Part shown: piece after piece, positions 1 to 9,429 of the stretch
How the letters are laid out: the number at the start of each line of letters is the position of its first letter
Numbering within the stretch: position 1 is the stretch's first letter
IMG/VR virus record: IMGVR_UViG_3300036770_007034
Coordinates: 1 to 64,000 of that record
DNA from: a virus
Reading direction: 5' to 3' (one strand)
DNA length: 64,000 nucleotides
Program-made: the position numbers and the translations under genes
Notes under the pieces: generated by a model
The model's database searches: none
What the model was told of the DNA's origin: nothing
The model's input: the letters and a program-made list of their open reading frames with translations, nothing else

Positions 1-239
1 ACACCAACGAGTTCGTTAGCAATAACAGTAGGCATGACTCGACGGATCACAGGCAGGATCACACGGTTCAGTGTTGCGATGTTACCTGAAACTGTAGAAC
101 CAGCACTTGCGTTCTCTTTCAGGTACTTGCGGGTGTTTTCGAGGATAACACCCATTGTTGAGCGGCGAGCACCATTCAAACCTTCCATGAGGGCTTCTTT
201 GGTCTCGTCCCAACGGCTTTCTAGTAGTTCTTGTGACAT
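1..239 (-). CDS. gp23: Major capsid protein, T4 gp23-like (5' part; runs off the window)
   Basis: Not in the ORF track. Read manually from ATG at 239: MSQELLESRWDETKEALMEGL...ILENTRKYLKE...VILPVIRRVMPTVIANELVG. The 'LP.IRRVMP..IANELVG' motif is typical of gp23. AGGAGA SD upstream; lies directly downstream of the scaffold gene. Confidence 0.93.
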   Translation of the reverse strand, partial: MSQELLESRWDETKEALMEGLNGARRSTMGVILENTRKYLKENASAGSTVSGNIATLNRVILPVIRRVMPTVIANELVG

Positions 240-264
240 AATGTCTCCTTCTTCTTCCTAAGAA

Positions 265-1365
265 TTAAAGCCCTGCCAGGCGTTTGAGGTCGATGACGTT
301 GCTCTTGTTAGAGGTGTCTTCTTCCGCTACAACCTTTGCAGATTTATCGCCGGTAACTTCGGTGACGCTCTCTGTGATCGCTTGACGGCTTTTCACAGGA
401 CGATTGTCAGCCAAAACTGCTGGCAGATATTTTTCGAAAGCGCCCTTGAGACGGGACGTTTGGACGTTTTCGAGCAGATTCTTCATGACTTCTCTCTTCT
501 CATCGTTGAGAGGAGCGAGCAATTCTTCCATAGCGTTTGCACGTTCATTGGATTCTTTGATCATTCGAATCTCGCGTTCCTTTGTTTCAACGAGGACTTT
601 CGCCTTCTCGCTGAGTTTGATGGCTTCGGCCAACTTCGCATTTTTATCTGCGATCACAGCACTGAGCTTACGGATTTCTGCGTTCTCATTGAGATGAGTT
701 GCACCAAATTCGGCAGCATATGCTTCGAAAATACGACGACCAAAATTGTTCTCGCGAGCAACTTGGATGTCTTCTTTGAGTTGACTTAGTTCAGCCTTGA
801 GATGCTTGGCAACACTTTCGCCCAACTTAGCGGCACTTTGTTTCACGAATCGTGATTTGAGTGCTTCAAGTTGGCCACGTGCTTCGCGGACTAGACGGAC
901 TTTGGTATCAACTGCATCCTGCTTGTCTTGTGCGAATTCACGGATCTCCTGTGCAAGAGCTTTCACAACAAACTTCTCGAGTTTATCGATTGATTCATTG
1001 TGTTGCTTGCGATCTTTGCGCAGTTCGCCAATTTCTTCAGCAAGTTTAGTAACCATAAAGTCGTTGAACTTTGTGGCTGATTCTTTCATCTTGCTTTGGA
1101 ACTTGACGCGGTCTTCGGCCAAGGCTTGCTTTTCAGCAGCCACAGCTTCTACTTCTGCGCGGAGACCTTCTGTAACCATGCGATCTAGGGCTTCCACCAT
1201 CACTTGCTTGTCATGCTCATAGCGTTGTGCAAACTCTTCTCTGAGTTCTGCACGCACCACCTCACGAGCTTCGTTCAGCTTGGCTTCCCATTGTTCCGAG
1301 ATTGCTGTACGAGTTTCCTCGTTGATTAGGTCGCTATCTAGTAACGGTTTGATGGCATCTAGCAT
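265..1365 (-). CDS. gp22: Prohead core scaffolding protein, gp22-like
   Basis: 366 aa, E/K/A-rich coiled coil, between protease and major capsid as in T4. GGAGA SD. Confidence 0.85.
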   Translation of the reverse strand: MLDAIKPLLDSDLINEETRTAISEQWEAKLNEAREVVRAELREEFAQRYEHDKQVMVEALDRMVTEGLRAEVEAVAAEKQALAEDRVKFQSKMKESATKFNDFMVTKLAEEIGELRKDRKQHNESIDKLEKFVVKALAQEIREFAQDKQDAVDTKVRLVREARGQLEALKSRFVKQSAAKLGESVAKHLKAELSQLKEDIQVARENNFGRRIFEAYAAEFGATHLNENAEIRKLSAVIADKNAKLAEAIKLSEKAKVLVETKEREIRMIKESNERANAMEELLAPLNDEKREVMKNLLENVQTSRLKGAFEKYLPAVLADNRPVKSRQAITESVTEVTGDKSAKVVAEEDTSNKSNVIDLKRLAGL

Positions 1366-1374
1366 GCGTTTCTC

Positions 1375-1998
1375 CTAAATCTTGAGATCTCTGATCAGAC
1401 GAGTCACCTCGTCCTTTAGATATCTCTGTACCTTGTTGTCCTGTCCAGCTTCTCTAGCCATTTCTAGAACTTGATGACCGTATTTCATGTTCATCAAACC
1501 TTCGTATATGGCTTTGGGATATGCGTTTGGCGCACTGGGTTGGGCAACAACATCGACAGTGACGATTTCAAAGTCACTGACATGTCCATTGGCCTCGTTC
1601 ACGTTTCCGGAACCGCGGCTTGAAACTCCTAATTTCACACCACTTTCAAGCATGGTGCGCACCAAATTACCCATTGGTGTTGGAAGTATCTTTAGTTTAC
1701 CAAAACCATTAGGGCCATCCATCCACATTTCTGTGATCATATGGCTTACACGGTCTAGGTTGATTTTTAGGTCATCGGGGTGATCTACTTCACCAAGAAC
1801 TGAATATCCACCGGTGATCTGTTCGTTCAGTGTTTTCACTGCACGCTCGATCTCATTCACAGGATACACACGCTCGTTGGCGTTCTTGACTCCACCCTGG
1901 ATGCAGATACCTTTCATATAAAGGTCCTTACCTTCGACGCCCTCAACAACAATGCGAGCAGCGTCGAAAGTAAGGTGTTCTTTTAGGTAAAGAGCCAT
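1375..1998 (-). CDS. gp21: Prohead protease, gp21-like
   Basis: Motifs 'KNANERVYP', 'GEVDHP', 'VSH', 'KLGVSSRGSG', 'DVVAQPSAPNA'. Confidence 0.95.
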   Translation of the reverse strand: MALYLKEHLTFDAARIVVEGVEGKDLYMKGICIQGGVKNANERVYPVNEIERAVKTLNEQITGGYSVLGEVDHPDDLKINLDRVSHMITEMWMDGPNGFGKLKILPTPMGNLVRTMLESGVKLGVSSRGSGNVNEANGHVSDFEIVTVDVVAQPSAPNAYPKAIYEGLMNMKYGHQVLEMAREAGQDNKVQRYLKDEVTRLIRDLKI

Positions 1999-2016
1999 AC
2001 CCGGAACTATAACCTA

Positions 2017-2862
2017 TTAATAAGGACTCTTGGTGTTGACACCAGAGGCCTGTGCGAGATGAGGCTTAGGAGCAGGTCCTTGTTTAGGACTTGTCGTGCC
2101 ACCCATGTCTTTAGCTGTAGGAGCAGGACGGCCTTTTTCTTCGCCACCAGCATCTACGTTTACGGGCTTACCATCCATGCCCTTAGCACCGGAGTTGGCA
2201 GCAACAGTAGACTTAGTGTTGATACCACCTTCTTCGCTAGTGACTGGCTTGGGAGCAGCCTTGAGGTCGACGTTTTCCATCATACCTTCTGTTTCAAACT
2301 CTGTGTCCATGGTTTCTTCTTCGGCTTCGCCTTCGTCGCCGGCTTCGCCGTCAACTTCGACATCCATGTCCATGTCCATCTCTTCTTCGCCGTCTTGTTC
2401 GCCGCTCATAAGAGCTTCAAATTCGGCCATGAGCTCGTCGAGCTTGTCTTCGAGATCGACAACGCGATCTTCCAGCTCTTCATTTCCGCCTACGTCGTCG
2501 TGATGATCGTCATCACCTTCGGCTTCCATGCTCATTCCTTGTTCTTCAGATTCGATGTCATCGATCAGATCGTCAGCTTGGTCTCCGCCCAGTTCTGTTT
2601 CTTCCAGGCTTTCGTCCATCTTCTTATCTTCTTTGTCATCGTATTCGATGTCTTTAGTGACTTTCTTGCCAGCTTTTTCAGCTTTCTCGTCTTCGTCGTG
2701 GGTTGACTCCTCTTCGATGACTTCTTCTGTCACTTCTTCTTCAGCCATGAGTTCTTCATAGATTCCACGGCTCTTTTCTACTACGATCTCATGGAAGAGA
2801 TCACGAGCTTTTTGCTCTTCATCGTTGATCACGTATTCGATCAGTTGTTCAAACTTGTTCAT
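2017..2862 (-). CDS. Highly acidic prohead core/internal head protein (gp67/gp68 position)
   Basis: Start moved to ATG 2862 (MNKFEQLIE), which has a GGAGG SD and a GTAAATA late-promoter motif upstream. Very D/E-rich with a low-complexity C-terminus; between portal and protease. Confidence 0.7.
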   Translation of the reverse strand: MNKFEQLIEYVINDEEQKARDLFHEIVVEKSRGIYEELMAEEEVTEEVIEEESTHDEDEKAEKAGKKVTKDIEYDDKEDKKMDESLEETELGGDQADDLIDDIESEEQGMSMEAEGDDDHHDDVGGNEELEDRVVDLEDKLDELMAEFEALMSGEQDGEEEMDMDMDVEVDGEAGDEGEAEEETMDTEFETEGMMENVDLKAAPKPVTSEEGGINTKSTVAANSGAKGMDGKPVNVDAGGEEKGRPAPTAKDMGGTTSPKQGPAPKPHLAQASGVNTKSPY

Positions 2863-2894
2863 TGAGGTTCCTCCAAAGTAGTGGCTCTGTTGAA

Positions 2895-2901
2895 TATTTA
2901 C
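2895..2901 (-). promoter_or_regulatory. T4-type late promoter variant GTAAATA
   Basis: TATTTAC on the + strand in the intergenic gap. The same TAAATA core recurs before most structural genes. Confidence 0.65.
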
Positions 2902-2956
2902 GATATGTGACAAAAACATATCGGTTTATGGGGTAAAAGTGGTAGAAAACGATGAA

Positions 2957-2979
2957 GAAACTGAGCTAAAGCCAGTTTC
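2957..2979 (-). terminator. Possible intrinsic terminator hairpin
   Basis: GAAACTG-A-GC-TAAA-GC-CAGTTTC inverted repeat just after the 72 aa gene; weak U-tract on the minus strand. Confidence 0.35.
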
Positions 2980-2981
2980 CG

Positions 2982-3200
2982 TCAGATAGCAGGTTGGGCG
3001 GGAGGGCTGTACTGTTTCTTTATCTGTTTGAGTTTTTCTTTGTACTCATAGGTACGTAGGTCGTTCATCCTGCGCAGTTTGTTGATCTGGCGCAGTGTGA
3101 GCTTGGTCTTGCGCAGTTCTCCCAAGCGAGGTTGGGTGTTATCATCCTCTAGATCTTGATAACCTGCAGGGTCTTTGTGGAAGAATTCAAAGAGCAACAT
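2982..3200 (-). CDS. Small basic head-module protein
   Basis: 72 aa, directly downstream of portal, preceded by an AATAAATA motif (3209-3216). Confidence 0.75.
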   Translation of the reverse strand: MLLFEFFHKDPAGYQDLEDDNTQPRLGELRKTKLTLRQINKLRRMNDLRTYEYKEKLKQIKKQYSPPAQPAI

Positions 3201-3214
3201 AGTGCTTTTATTTA

Positions 3215-4993
3215 TTAGATCGTGGGCGTTGGCAGAGGTGCTGCCGCTGCTTGTCCACCTATGGCAGGAGCGCCAGGTCCTGCTCCACCGGGTATACCGC
3301 CAGGAGCTTCTAATCCAGCACCGATCTCTTCTCCTGTGGTGATATCAGATTCAATATCAGCCGGACTCACGCCCACTGAACGTAGATCTTGTCCGGTAGT
3401 GGTAGTAAGTTCTGGCTCATCGCGCTCTTCATTCCAGAGATCGGAGTTTTCCTGGATCTCTTCTTCGCTGAGTCCTAGGTAGCGTTTCATCAGGAATCGC
3501 TTGCTCATGTAAGGCAGTTGCTCCAGTCCTTGGAATGCTGTCATGCGAGTGGTATCAAGCTCAGCCTGGCGATAAGAGGCAAAGTTCTGTGGTGGTGCAA
3601 ATTTGATATTGAACAGGCCGCTGTCAATGTTGAAACCGCGCCAGCGCAGGAACATCTTGAACTCATCATCGAGCTTCTGTACTATCTGCTTCTGCAGGCG
3701 CTCGCAGTACTGATTGAAACGATATTCTTGTATCAATGCTGTGCCTACCCGACCGTCGTTCATGGGCCGATCTGAGTCATCTGGGCCTGTGGGCAGGTAT
3801 GAACTGGGCACACGCAGACCACGGCACATCTTGTTGTTGAAGTACTTGAGGTCATCAATCTGACCTAGGTTCTCACCGCCCGGTAGTGTTTCTACTTTGG
3901 ATCCACGACCTTCTGCTGTCTGTGGAAAGAAGTAATCTTCGTTGATGCTCAGTGGATTGTATGTGGCGTCTAGCACATTTTCACGGCCGCCTGTGTTGCT
4001 GGGAATCCTGCGCTGATGTATCTCGTTTTTCACACGCTCTACGAACTGCATGGCTAGGTGCGATGGCATGTTGCCAACGTCAATATAGAACACTCTACGC
4101 TCTGGCGCACGTTGCACACGATAGATCAGGATAGCATCTTCTAACAGTTCTTTTTGTTTGAATACCTTGAAGATCATTTCCAGCACTGACTGTCCAAAGG
4201 GCCAGTAGTAGTCCAGTCCTTCGCTCAGGCTGAGGTGAACCACGTGCTTGGCATCGATACAGGTCTCGTTCACTGATTTCTGGAAACGGCTCTGACCCGA
4301 CGAGTTAGGTGCGTTGGGAGCAGTGTAATTGTAGGGCTGATTGTAGCCACCCGAAGGAGGCTGTGTGTTGTAATCGTTGGTGGTCTTGGCAGCTATGGAC
4401 AGATTCTGGAAGTTGGGATTGATGTCGCGGATCACATACTGCTCAGGACGCTTGCCCTGGCTCTCGTTCACGATCACACGAGCCACTTTGGTCATGTCCA
4501 CCCAGTACATCTCGAATGTCTCTGGATCGCGCACAAACACCTGATCACCGTATTTCAGCACGTTGCGGAACATCTTGAACATGCGCTGATCCAGCTTGTT
4601 GAGCTTGGTCCATTGTTGCAGTTGCTTGCGGATGATTTCTACTTCGTGATCAGTGGGCTTGTCTGAAAACTCGATCTCGAACGGTGTGTTGTTGGCTTCG
4701 CAGGTCTGTGTGCTAAACTCTGCCAGGATGTCCAAACAGGCATTGATCTCCGAATCGCCATCCATGTTTTCGTACTGATTGTAGCGTTCCAATCGGTTGG
4801 GATGGCCGGTGTAGACTTCGGGCAGTCGGCTGGCATAGTTGCGGAAAGCAAACTCTGTTTCGGCCTGACCAGCGGTGCCGTAGCCAGTGCCGTAGCTGGG
4901 CCCTCGTGGTATGTTGCCCGAGATTGGACTCATCTGGCCTGCTGTGTTGGCCACTTTGAAATACTTTTTCCAGCCTTTTTTGTCTTCTGCCAT
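3215..4993 (-). CDS. gp20: Portal vertex protein, gp20-like
   Basis: Motifs 'LEDAILIYRVQRAPERRVFYIDVGNMP', 'EDYFFP...GRGSKVETLPGGENLGQIDDLKYF'. Confidence 0.97.
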   Translation of the reverse strand: MAEDKKGWKKYFKVANTAGQMSPISGNIPRGPSYGTGYGTAGQAETEFAFRNYASRLPEVYTGHPNRLERYNQYENMDGDSEINACLDILAEFSTQTCEANNTPFEIEFSDKPTDHEVEIIRKQLQQWTKLNKLDQRMFKMFRNVLKYGDQVFVRDPETFEMYWVDMTKVARVIVNESQGKRPEQYVIRDINPNFQNLSIAAKTTNDYNTQPPSGGYNQPYNYTAPNAPNSSGQSRFQKSVNETCIDAKHVVHLSLSEGLDYYWPFGQSVLEMIFKVFKQKELLEDAILIYRVQRAPERRVFYIDVGNMPSHLAMQFVERVKNEIHQRRIPSNTGGRENVLDATYNPLSINEDYFFPQTAEGRGSKVETLPGGENLGQIDDLKYFNNKMCRGLRVPSSYLPTGPDDSDRPMNDGRVGTALIQEYRFNQYCERLQKQIVQKLDDEFKMFLRWRGFNIDSGLFNIKFAPPQNFASYRQAELDTTRMTAFQGLEQLPYMSKRFLMKRYLGLSEEEIQENSDLWNEERDEPELTTTTGQDLRSVGVSPADIESDITTGEEIGAGLEAPGGIPGGAGPGAPAIGGQAAAAPLPTPTI

Positions 4994-5000
4994 GGTTTGT

Positions 5001-5007
5001 TATTTAC
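5001..5007 (-). promoter_or_regulatory. Late promoter variant GTAAATA (portal)
   Basis: TATTTAC on the + strand, 7 nt before the portal ATG. Confidence 0.6.
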
Positions 5008-5009
5008 CG

Positions 5010-7382
5010 CTAGTTCATGCTGGTTCTCAGTATCTTGGTACTGATATCATTGTTGGTGCGCATGAGGCTTACCAATTCATTGAGGCTGGAGATCTGCTGA
5101 TTCATCACGTCCAGTTGCTGACCAATCTTGTCAGTCATTCCGGTCATTTCCACAGGAATGCTACGTCCATTGGGCAAGGGCACTATGGCCTCTGTGCCAT
5201 GCAACATGGCGGTATATCCTGAACGAGGACCCGATGAGATGCCACCGTATTGATATCCTCGGCCGCCTGTAATCTGATCAAAATGGCTGCGCAGTTGCGC
5301 GGCTGTGCTGTATCTTTCCAGCCCATTTTTGGCTAACCAATCTCTTGGTACCAATCTACTCAGCGGTGTGGATCCCGGAGCTTCCAGTATCTTGGCAGCG
5401 GTACCATAGCCCATCATGTGCGCCATGTACTTGGCGGCATCGGATGTGCTGAGTCCTCTGCGAGCCAGCAGTTGTTCGTTGCTGGATGTGAGCTGTTTCA
5501 TGGCCTCAGTCTGCAGATTGACATCAGCTTTCATGTCCTCAAAGGTTTTGCCTTTGAGAGGACTGCCTGGACCTGCGTTGGCTACCAGGCTTTCAAAAGT
5601 ACCTTTGGTAATCTGGTAAAGTCCAAAAGCCGAAGTAGCTTGTTGACCAGCACGAGCCTGATTACCTATATTCCTGCCACCGCTTTCTAATTGTGCTATA
5701 CGACTGAGATAATCTCCTGATGCGCCTGTACCGCCTTGACCAAATGGTCGACCGGTGGTGCCAAATGCTGGAGCTCCCGGGCTTTGGCCAGTACCACCAC
5801 CGCTGACAGCGATACCTTGATTTTTGAGTTCAACATTCAGTTTGTCATTGATATAATTGATACTCTTGCTAAGAGCCCTGGTAAACATCTCTACATGACC
5901 AGCGGCATTGGGCAATACCTTGCTGACTACTAATTTGTCTAGCTGTTGTGCAAAGTTCTGTAGATTCTTCTGTGCTTTTACTGTTTCTTCTGTGAGTTTG
6001 TCCTGCGCACCCTGGGCACCTTGTTGTTCTTTTTTAGCCGCTTCTAGACCTTCGGCGGTCTGTGCCACACCACTGCGGAAACGGAAGATATCATTGTACA
6101 TGCCATCATACACGGTACCTAGCTTACCAAGACGTGCTTGTATCTCTGGTCTCAGAGCTGCGTTCTGATCCAGCGCCATGCGCACTCGAGCTATAGCTTC
6201 TTCCTGGGTGATGCGATTGTTGTAAAGATCTCGGGCGATCTGCGGGCCAAGGCCTCCGGTGGCTATAGCAAACGCTTTTGATGCTTCGGTGGCCGTGTTG
6301 GTCATGGCATCCGCAAAGCCTTCGCTCAGCGTGCGTCCACCACGTTTCTCTAGATATCCAACTGTGCCTTCGATCTGCCTGACGAGATCTTCGCCACCTC
6401 GGGCCATGGCCACTTGTTTCTGCGCCTGCAGACGTATGTCGGCGTTCTGTCGTTCTATCTCGGCCTGTATTTCGGTTCTTTGAGCTCCTGTGAGTCTGGC
6501 CAGCTCGTCGATGTTTTCGATGTATCGTTTGGCAGATTCAGCCAGAGCGTTCTGATCCGTGAGTTGCATGCGCAGGATCAGTCGATTCTGATTCAGGAAC
6601 TTGGCATAGAACTCTCTTTGTTCTGAAAATCCAATGCCCATCTTGAGGAATTGGTCTTCAAATTTTACAGAAGCTTCGGAAAGTCCAGTCAAGGCTTTAG
6701 CACCTTGCAGGGTAGTACCACCCACAGCTGCCAAGGCTTCGCCGTTCCTGACCACTATAGCAGAAAACTGCTCCATGCTGAGGCCAGAACGGACGGCCAT
6801 GTTAGCAAAGCCCTGCATGCCCTCAGCACCAATGGCACCTGCGCTTGCTACTTGTTGGAAAGCAGTGACCGCACGTTGCAGTTCACCTGTGACAAACGTG
6901 CCGTATTCAGCAAGGAGCTTTCCGGATTCCTCGCCAAAGGCTTTTATCGCACCGCCTAAGCCTTTGACCAGGGTTCCTGTGACCAGTCCTATGACAGCAC
7001 CACCAGGGCCAAACATCAATCCTGCGCCAGAGATGGCTGTGCCAAGCATTTCTACTGCTGAACCTACTGTTTTGGCACCTTTGCCAAAGACCACACCAGT
7101 GGAACGTATGGCAGGATTTAGGCTAGTGAAATCTTCTCTGTTGGCACGAGCTTGCTGGGCGCTGTCAAGGAAACCGCCTATGACCTGCTTGGTAGTGTCA
7201 TAGAGCTTTTTGAAACCTTTTTCGGTGTCATCAATGGCTTTGGCCTGACCTTGCTGTGCGGCTGTGTTGGCCGCGGTGGCCTGATTGAGTTTGGCAAAAG
7301 TCTGAGCCGTGACTACACCCTGGCGGCGCAGTTCGTCCAGAGCCTCTCGCAATAGTTGTGCTGATCTTTCTAATTCGTCCAT
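5010..7382 (-). CDS. Tape-measure-like tail protein with C-terminal lytic transglycosylase (lysozyme-like) domain
   Basis: 790 aa, A/G/Q-rich helical with a hydrophobic Gly-rich segment. C-terminal 'IAQLESGG...AFGLYQIT...YMAHMMG' matches SLT-type motifs including the catalytic Glu. Confidence 0.75.
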   Translation of the reverse strand: MDELERSAQLLREALDELRRQGVVTAQTFAKLNQATAANTAAQQGQAKAIDDTEKGFKKLYDTTKQVIGGFLDSAQQARANREDFTSLNPAIRSTGVVFGKGAKTVGSAVEMLGTAISGAGLMFGPGGAVIGLVTGTLVKGLGGAIKAFGEESGKLLAEYGTFVTGELQRAVTAFQQVASAGAIGAEGMQGFANMAVRSGLSMEQFSAIVVRNGEALAAVGGTTLQGAKALTGLSEASVKFEDQFLKMGIGFSEQREFYAKFLNQNRLILRMQLTDQNALAESAKRYIENIDELARLTGAQRTEIQAEIERQNADIRLQAQKQVAMARGGEDLVRQIEGTVGYLEKRGGRTLSEGFADAMTNTATEASKAFAIATGGLGPQIARDLYNNRITQEEAIARVRMALDQNAALRPEIQARLGKLGTVYDGMYNDIFRFRSGVAQTAEGLEAAKKEQQGAQGAQDKLTEETVKAQKNLQNFAQQLDKLVVSKVLPNAAGHVEMFTRALSKSINYINDKLNVELKNQGIAVSGGGTGQSPGAPAFGTTGRPFGQGGTGASGDYLSRIAQLESGGRNIGNQARAGQQATSAFGLYQITKGTFESLVANAGPGSPLKGKTFEDMKADVNLQTEAMKQLTSSNEQLLARRGLSTSDAAKYMAHMMGYGTAAKILEAPGSTPLSRLVPRDWLAKNGLERYSTAAQLRSHFDQITGGRGYQYGGISSGPRSGYTAMLHGTEAIVPLPNGRSIPVEMTGMTDKIGQQLDVMNQQISSLNELVSLMRTNNDISTKILRTSMN

Positions 7383-7392
7383 AATCTACGCC

Positions 7393-7417
7393 GATAAGTA
7401 CTGCATCTATATTTATG
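7393..7417. promoter_or_regulatory. Interleaved divergent late promoters (GATAAGTA +, CATAAATA -)
   Basis: GATAAGTA at 7393-7400 on +, and TATTTATG at 7410-7417 (CATAAATA on -), in the 46 bp gap between divergent genes. Confidence 0.55.
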
Positions 7418-7428
7418 GTGACCAAAAC

Positions 7429-8277
7429 ATGCCAGAAAATGCCAATCCGCTGAAGCGATTCTTCCGCCAACCAGCGATCTATATCAAGCTGCCTTCGGGC
7501 GGCCAACACTGGGCCCCAGGTTCACTGGAGATGCCTCAGAACGGTGAACTTGCCGTTTATCCCATGACTGCCATGGACGAGATCACATATCGTACCGCAG
7601 ATGCTCTGTTCAATGGCCAGGCCGTGGTCAGTGTAGTGCAGAGTTGTGTGCCTGCTATCAAAAATGCCTGGCACATACCCAGCATGGACCTTGATACCAT
7701 CCTAGTCGGCATACGTATTGCCAGCTATGGACACGAGATGCAGTTTGATTCAGACTGCCCGCATTGCCAACAAGAAAACACCTTTGGTCTGGATCTGCGC
7801 ACCATCATGGATGGCATCCGGGCACCGGACTACACACAGACCATACGAGCCGGGGATCTTGAGCTGTATTTCAAACCTTTGGACTACGAACAGATCAATC
7901 GCAATGCCATGGTGCAGTTTGAAGATCAGAAGCTCCTGGAGATGTTGCCCAGAGCCGAGATGGCCGAAGAAGAAAAAGTGCAGAGACTCACGGCAGCATT
8001 CCTCAAACTCACGGACATGACTATGGGAGCACTAAGCCAGAGCATTGCCATGATCCGGGCAGACACCGAAGTGGTCACTGACGCTGATCACATCGAAGAA
8101 TTCGTAAAGAACTGCGATCGCGATGTGTTCGAACGCATACGCAATCATATAGTAGATATCCGAGAGCAGAGCGAACTCAAACCTTTGAAGATACGCTGTC
8201 AGAATCCCGAATGCCAGAAAGAATACGAAACACCGTTTACATTGGATGTCTCAAATTTTTTCGCATCCGCCTCCTGA
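7429..8277 (+). CDS. gp26: Baseplate hub assembly protein, gp26-like
   Basis: Start moved to ATG 7429 (MPENANPL). Motifs 'YIKLPSG', 'PMTAMDE', 'DLDTILVGIRIASYG', CPHC and C..PEC zinc pairs, C-terminal 'SNFF'. Confidence 0.8.
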   Translation: MPENANPLKRFFRQPAIYIKLPSGGQHWAPGSLEMPQNGELAVYPMTAMDEITYRTADALFNGQAVVSVVQSCVPAIKNAWHIPSMDLDTILVGIRIASYGHEMQFDSDCPHCQQENTFGLDLRTIMDGIRAPDYTQTIRAGDLELYFKPLDYEQINRNAMVQFEDQKLLEMLPRAEMAEEEKVQRLTAAFLKLTDMTMGALSQSIAMIRADTEVVTDADHIEEFVKNCDRDVFERIRNHIVDIREQSELKPLKIRCQNPECQKEYETPFTLDVSNFFASAS

Positions 8278-8492
8278 CCTCTGATTCTGAGCGTATCGTC
8301 CGGATAATCGAAGGTCAAGACAAAGAAATCAAAGCTATCCGAGAAGATCTGCTAAGACTATGCTGGTATATGCGAGGCGGCGTCACATACGAAGAAGCAT
8401 CCAATATGAGCTCTGCTGAACGTGAAATAATCAATGGTATTATCAAAGAAAATCTTGAAACCACTAAGAAAACCGGAATGCCGCATTTCTAA
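8262..8492 (+). CDS. gp51-like frame, probably reached by -1 frameshift from gp26
   Basis: 'LLRLCWYMRGGVTYEEASNMSSAEREII' resembles gp51/GT-type chaperone tails. No credible start of its own; it overlaps the gp26 end at a slippery site. Confidence 0.65.
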   Translation, partial: RIRLLTSDSERIVRIIEGQDKEIKAIREDLLRLCWYMRGGVTYEEASNMSSAEREIINGIIKENLETTKKTGMPHF

Positions 8493-8494
8493 CT

Positions 8495-8992
8495 ATGAAT
8501 TTTGAACAAGCACAACGAGACATCACAAACTGGATCACAGGGTTCGTCGAAAAGCCCAACGCCAAGCTCAATGGTTGGCCACCTTGTCCGCATGCCCGCA
8601 AAGCACGGCTAGACGGACAGTTTGAAATCCGACAGGGTCGGGTAGATCCTTACACCGATCTTAGGCACGTGGAGATGGGAGATAAGATGGTGTTTGCTTA
8701 TGTGTATGAACCCGACAAGTTTACTGCCAAAGAATTCAATGATCAGATACAGGCAGTAAATGCAGGATTCCTAGTGCCGCGAGACATCATAGCTTTGGCA
8801 GATCATCCCGACGACAAAGAAGAGATCATGGATGTGATCATGAATCAAGGCACTTGGACCATAGCATTCGTGCAACCTTTGAGCAAGCTCAATCATTTTG
8901 CCCAACTCATAGCAGGTCGAGGTTATTACAATGGCTGGCCCGAAGACTATCTCAAAGCATTGTTTGAATTCCGGAAGGATCCTAGACGATGA
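8495..8992 (+). CDS. Hypothetical protein, weak DUF1415-like ('PCPHARKA')
   Basis: 165 aa; coupled to the next gene by ATGA overlap. Confidence 0.6.
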   Translation: MNFEQAQRDITNWITGFVEKPNAKLNGWPPCPHARKARLDGQFEIRQGRVDPYTDLRHVEMGDKMVFAYVYEPDKFTAKEFNDQIQAVNAGFLVPRDIIALADHPDDKEEIMDVIMNQGTWTIAFVQPLSKLNHFAQLIAGRGYYNGWPEDYLKALFEFRKDPRR

Positions 8993-9429
8993 GTTATCAA
9001 TTTGCTCGCATCGATCTTGCCAAGACCACTTACACAGAATCCGTGAAGTGGACTTATCTCAGTAAAACCGATTGGCAAATCAACAAATGCCTGGACATCT
9101 ATCGCACCTACTGCATCTACAAACATTTCAGTTCAGTGATGCCTATATTCACTTCGAGATTCCGCGATCCCATGGCCGATGTGATAGGCTACTATGATGG
9201 TGGCAATATGGTAGCGTTCAGCCTCATACGCAGATATGATGACAAGAATGCCATCTGCGATCAGTTCGCATGGACATACCATGACCCTAAATTACGATTA
9301 GGAATCGAAACTATGAAAACAGAGTGTGCCATATACAAGGCTCGAGGTTTTGACTATCTCTATCTCGAACAAGCACATCTCTACAAACAAGAGATAGAGG
9401 GATTTGAAATACTAGGACCAATGACATGA
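8989..9429 (+). CDS. GNAT-fold protein resembling the C-terminal domain of arginyl/leucyl-tRNA-protein transferase (ATE1/Bpt)
   Basis: 'GYYDGGNMVAFS...YHDPKLRLGIETMKTECAIYKARGFDYLYL' parallels the ATE_C pattern 'Y..GKL.AV...YDPD....SLG...I...I......G..YLYLG'. Confidence 0.6.
   Translation: MSYQFARIDLAKTTYTESVKWTYLSKTDWQINKCLDIYRTYCIYKHFSSVMPIFTSRFRDPMADVIGYYDGGNMVAFSLIRRYDDKNAICDQFAWTYHDPKLRLGIETMKTECAIYKARGFDYLYLEQAHLYKQEIEGFEILGPMT

Noticed and set aside
2017-2862. Acidic protein as a DNA mimic or anti-defence factor
   Set aside because: Its position between portal and protease under a late promoter fits an ordinary acidic prohead core protein.
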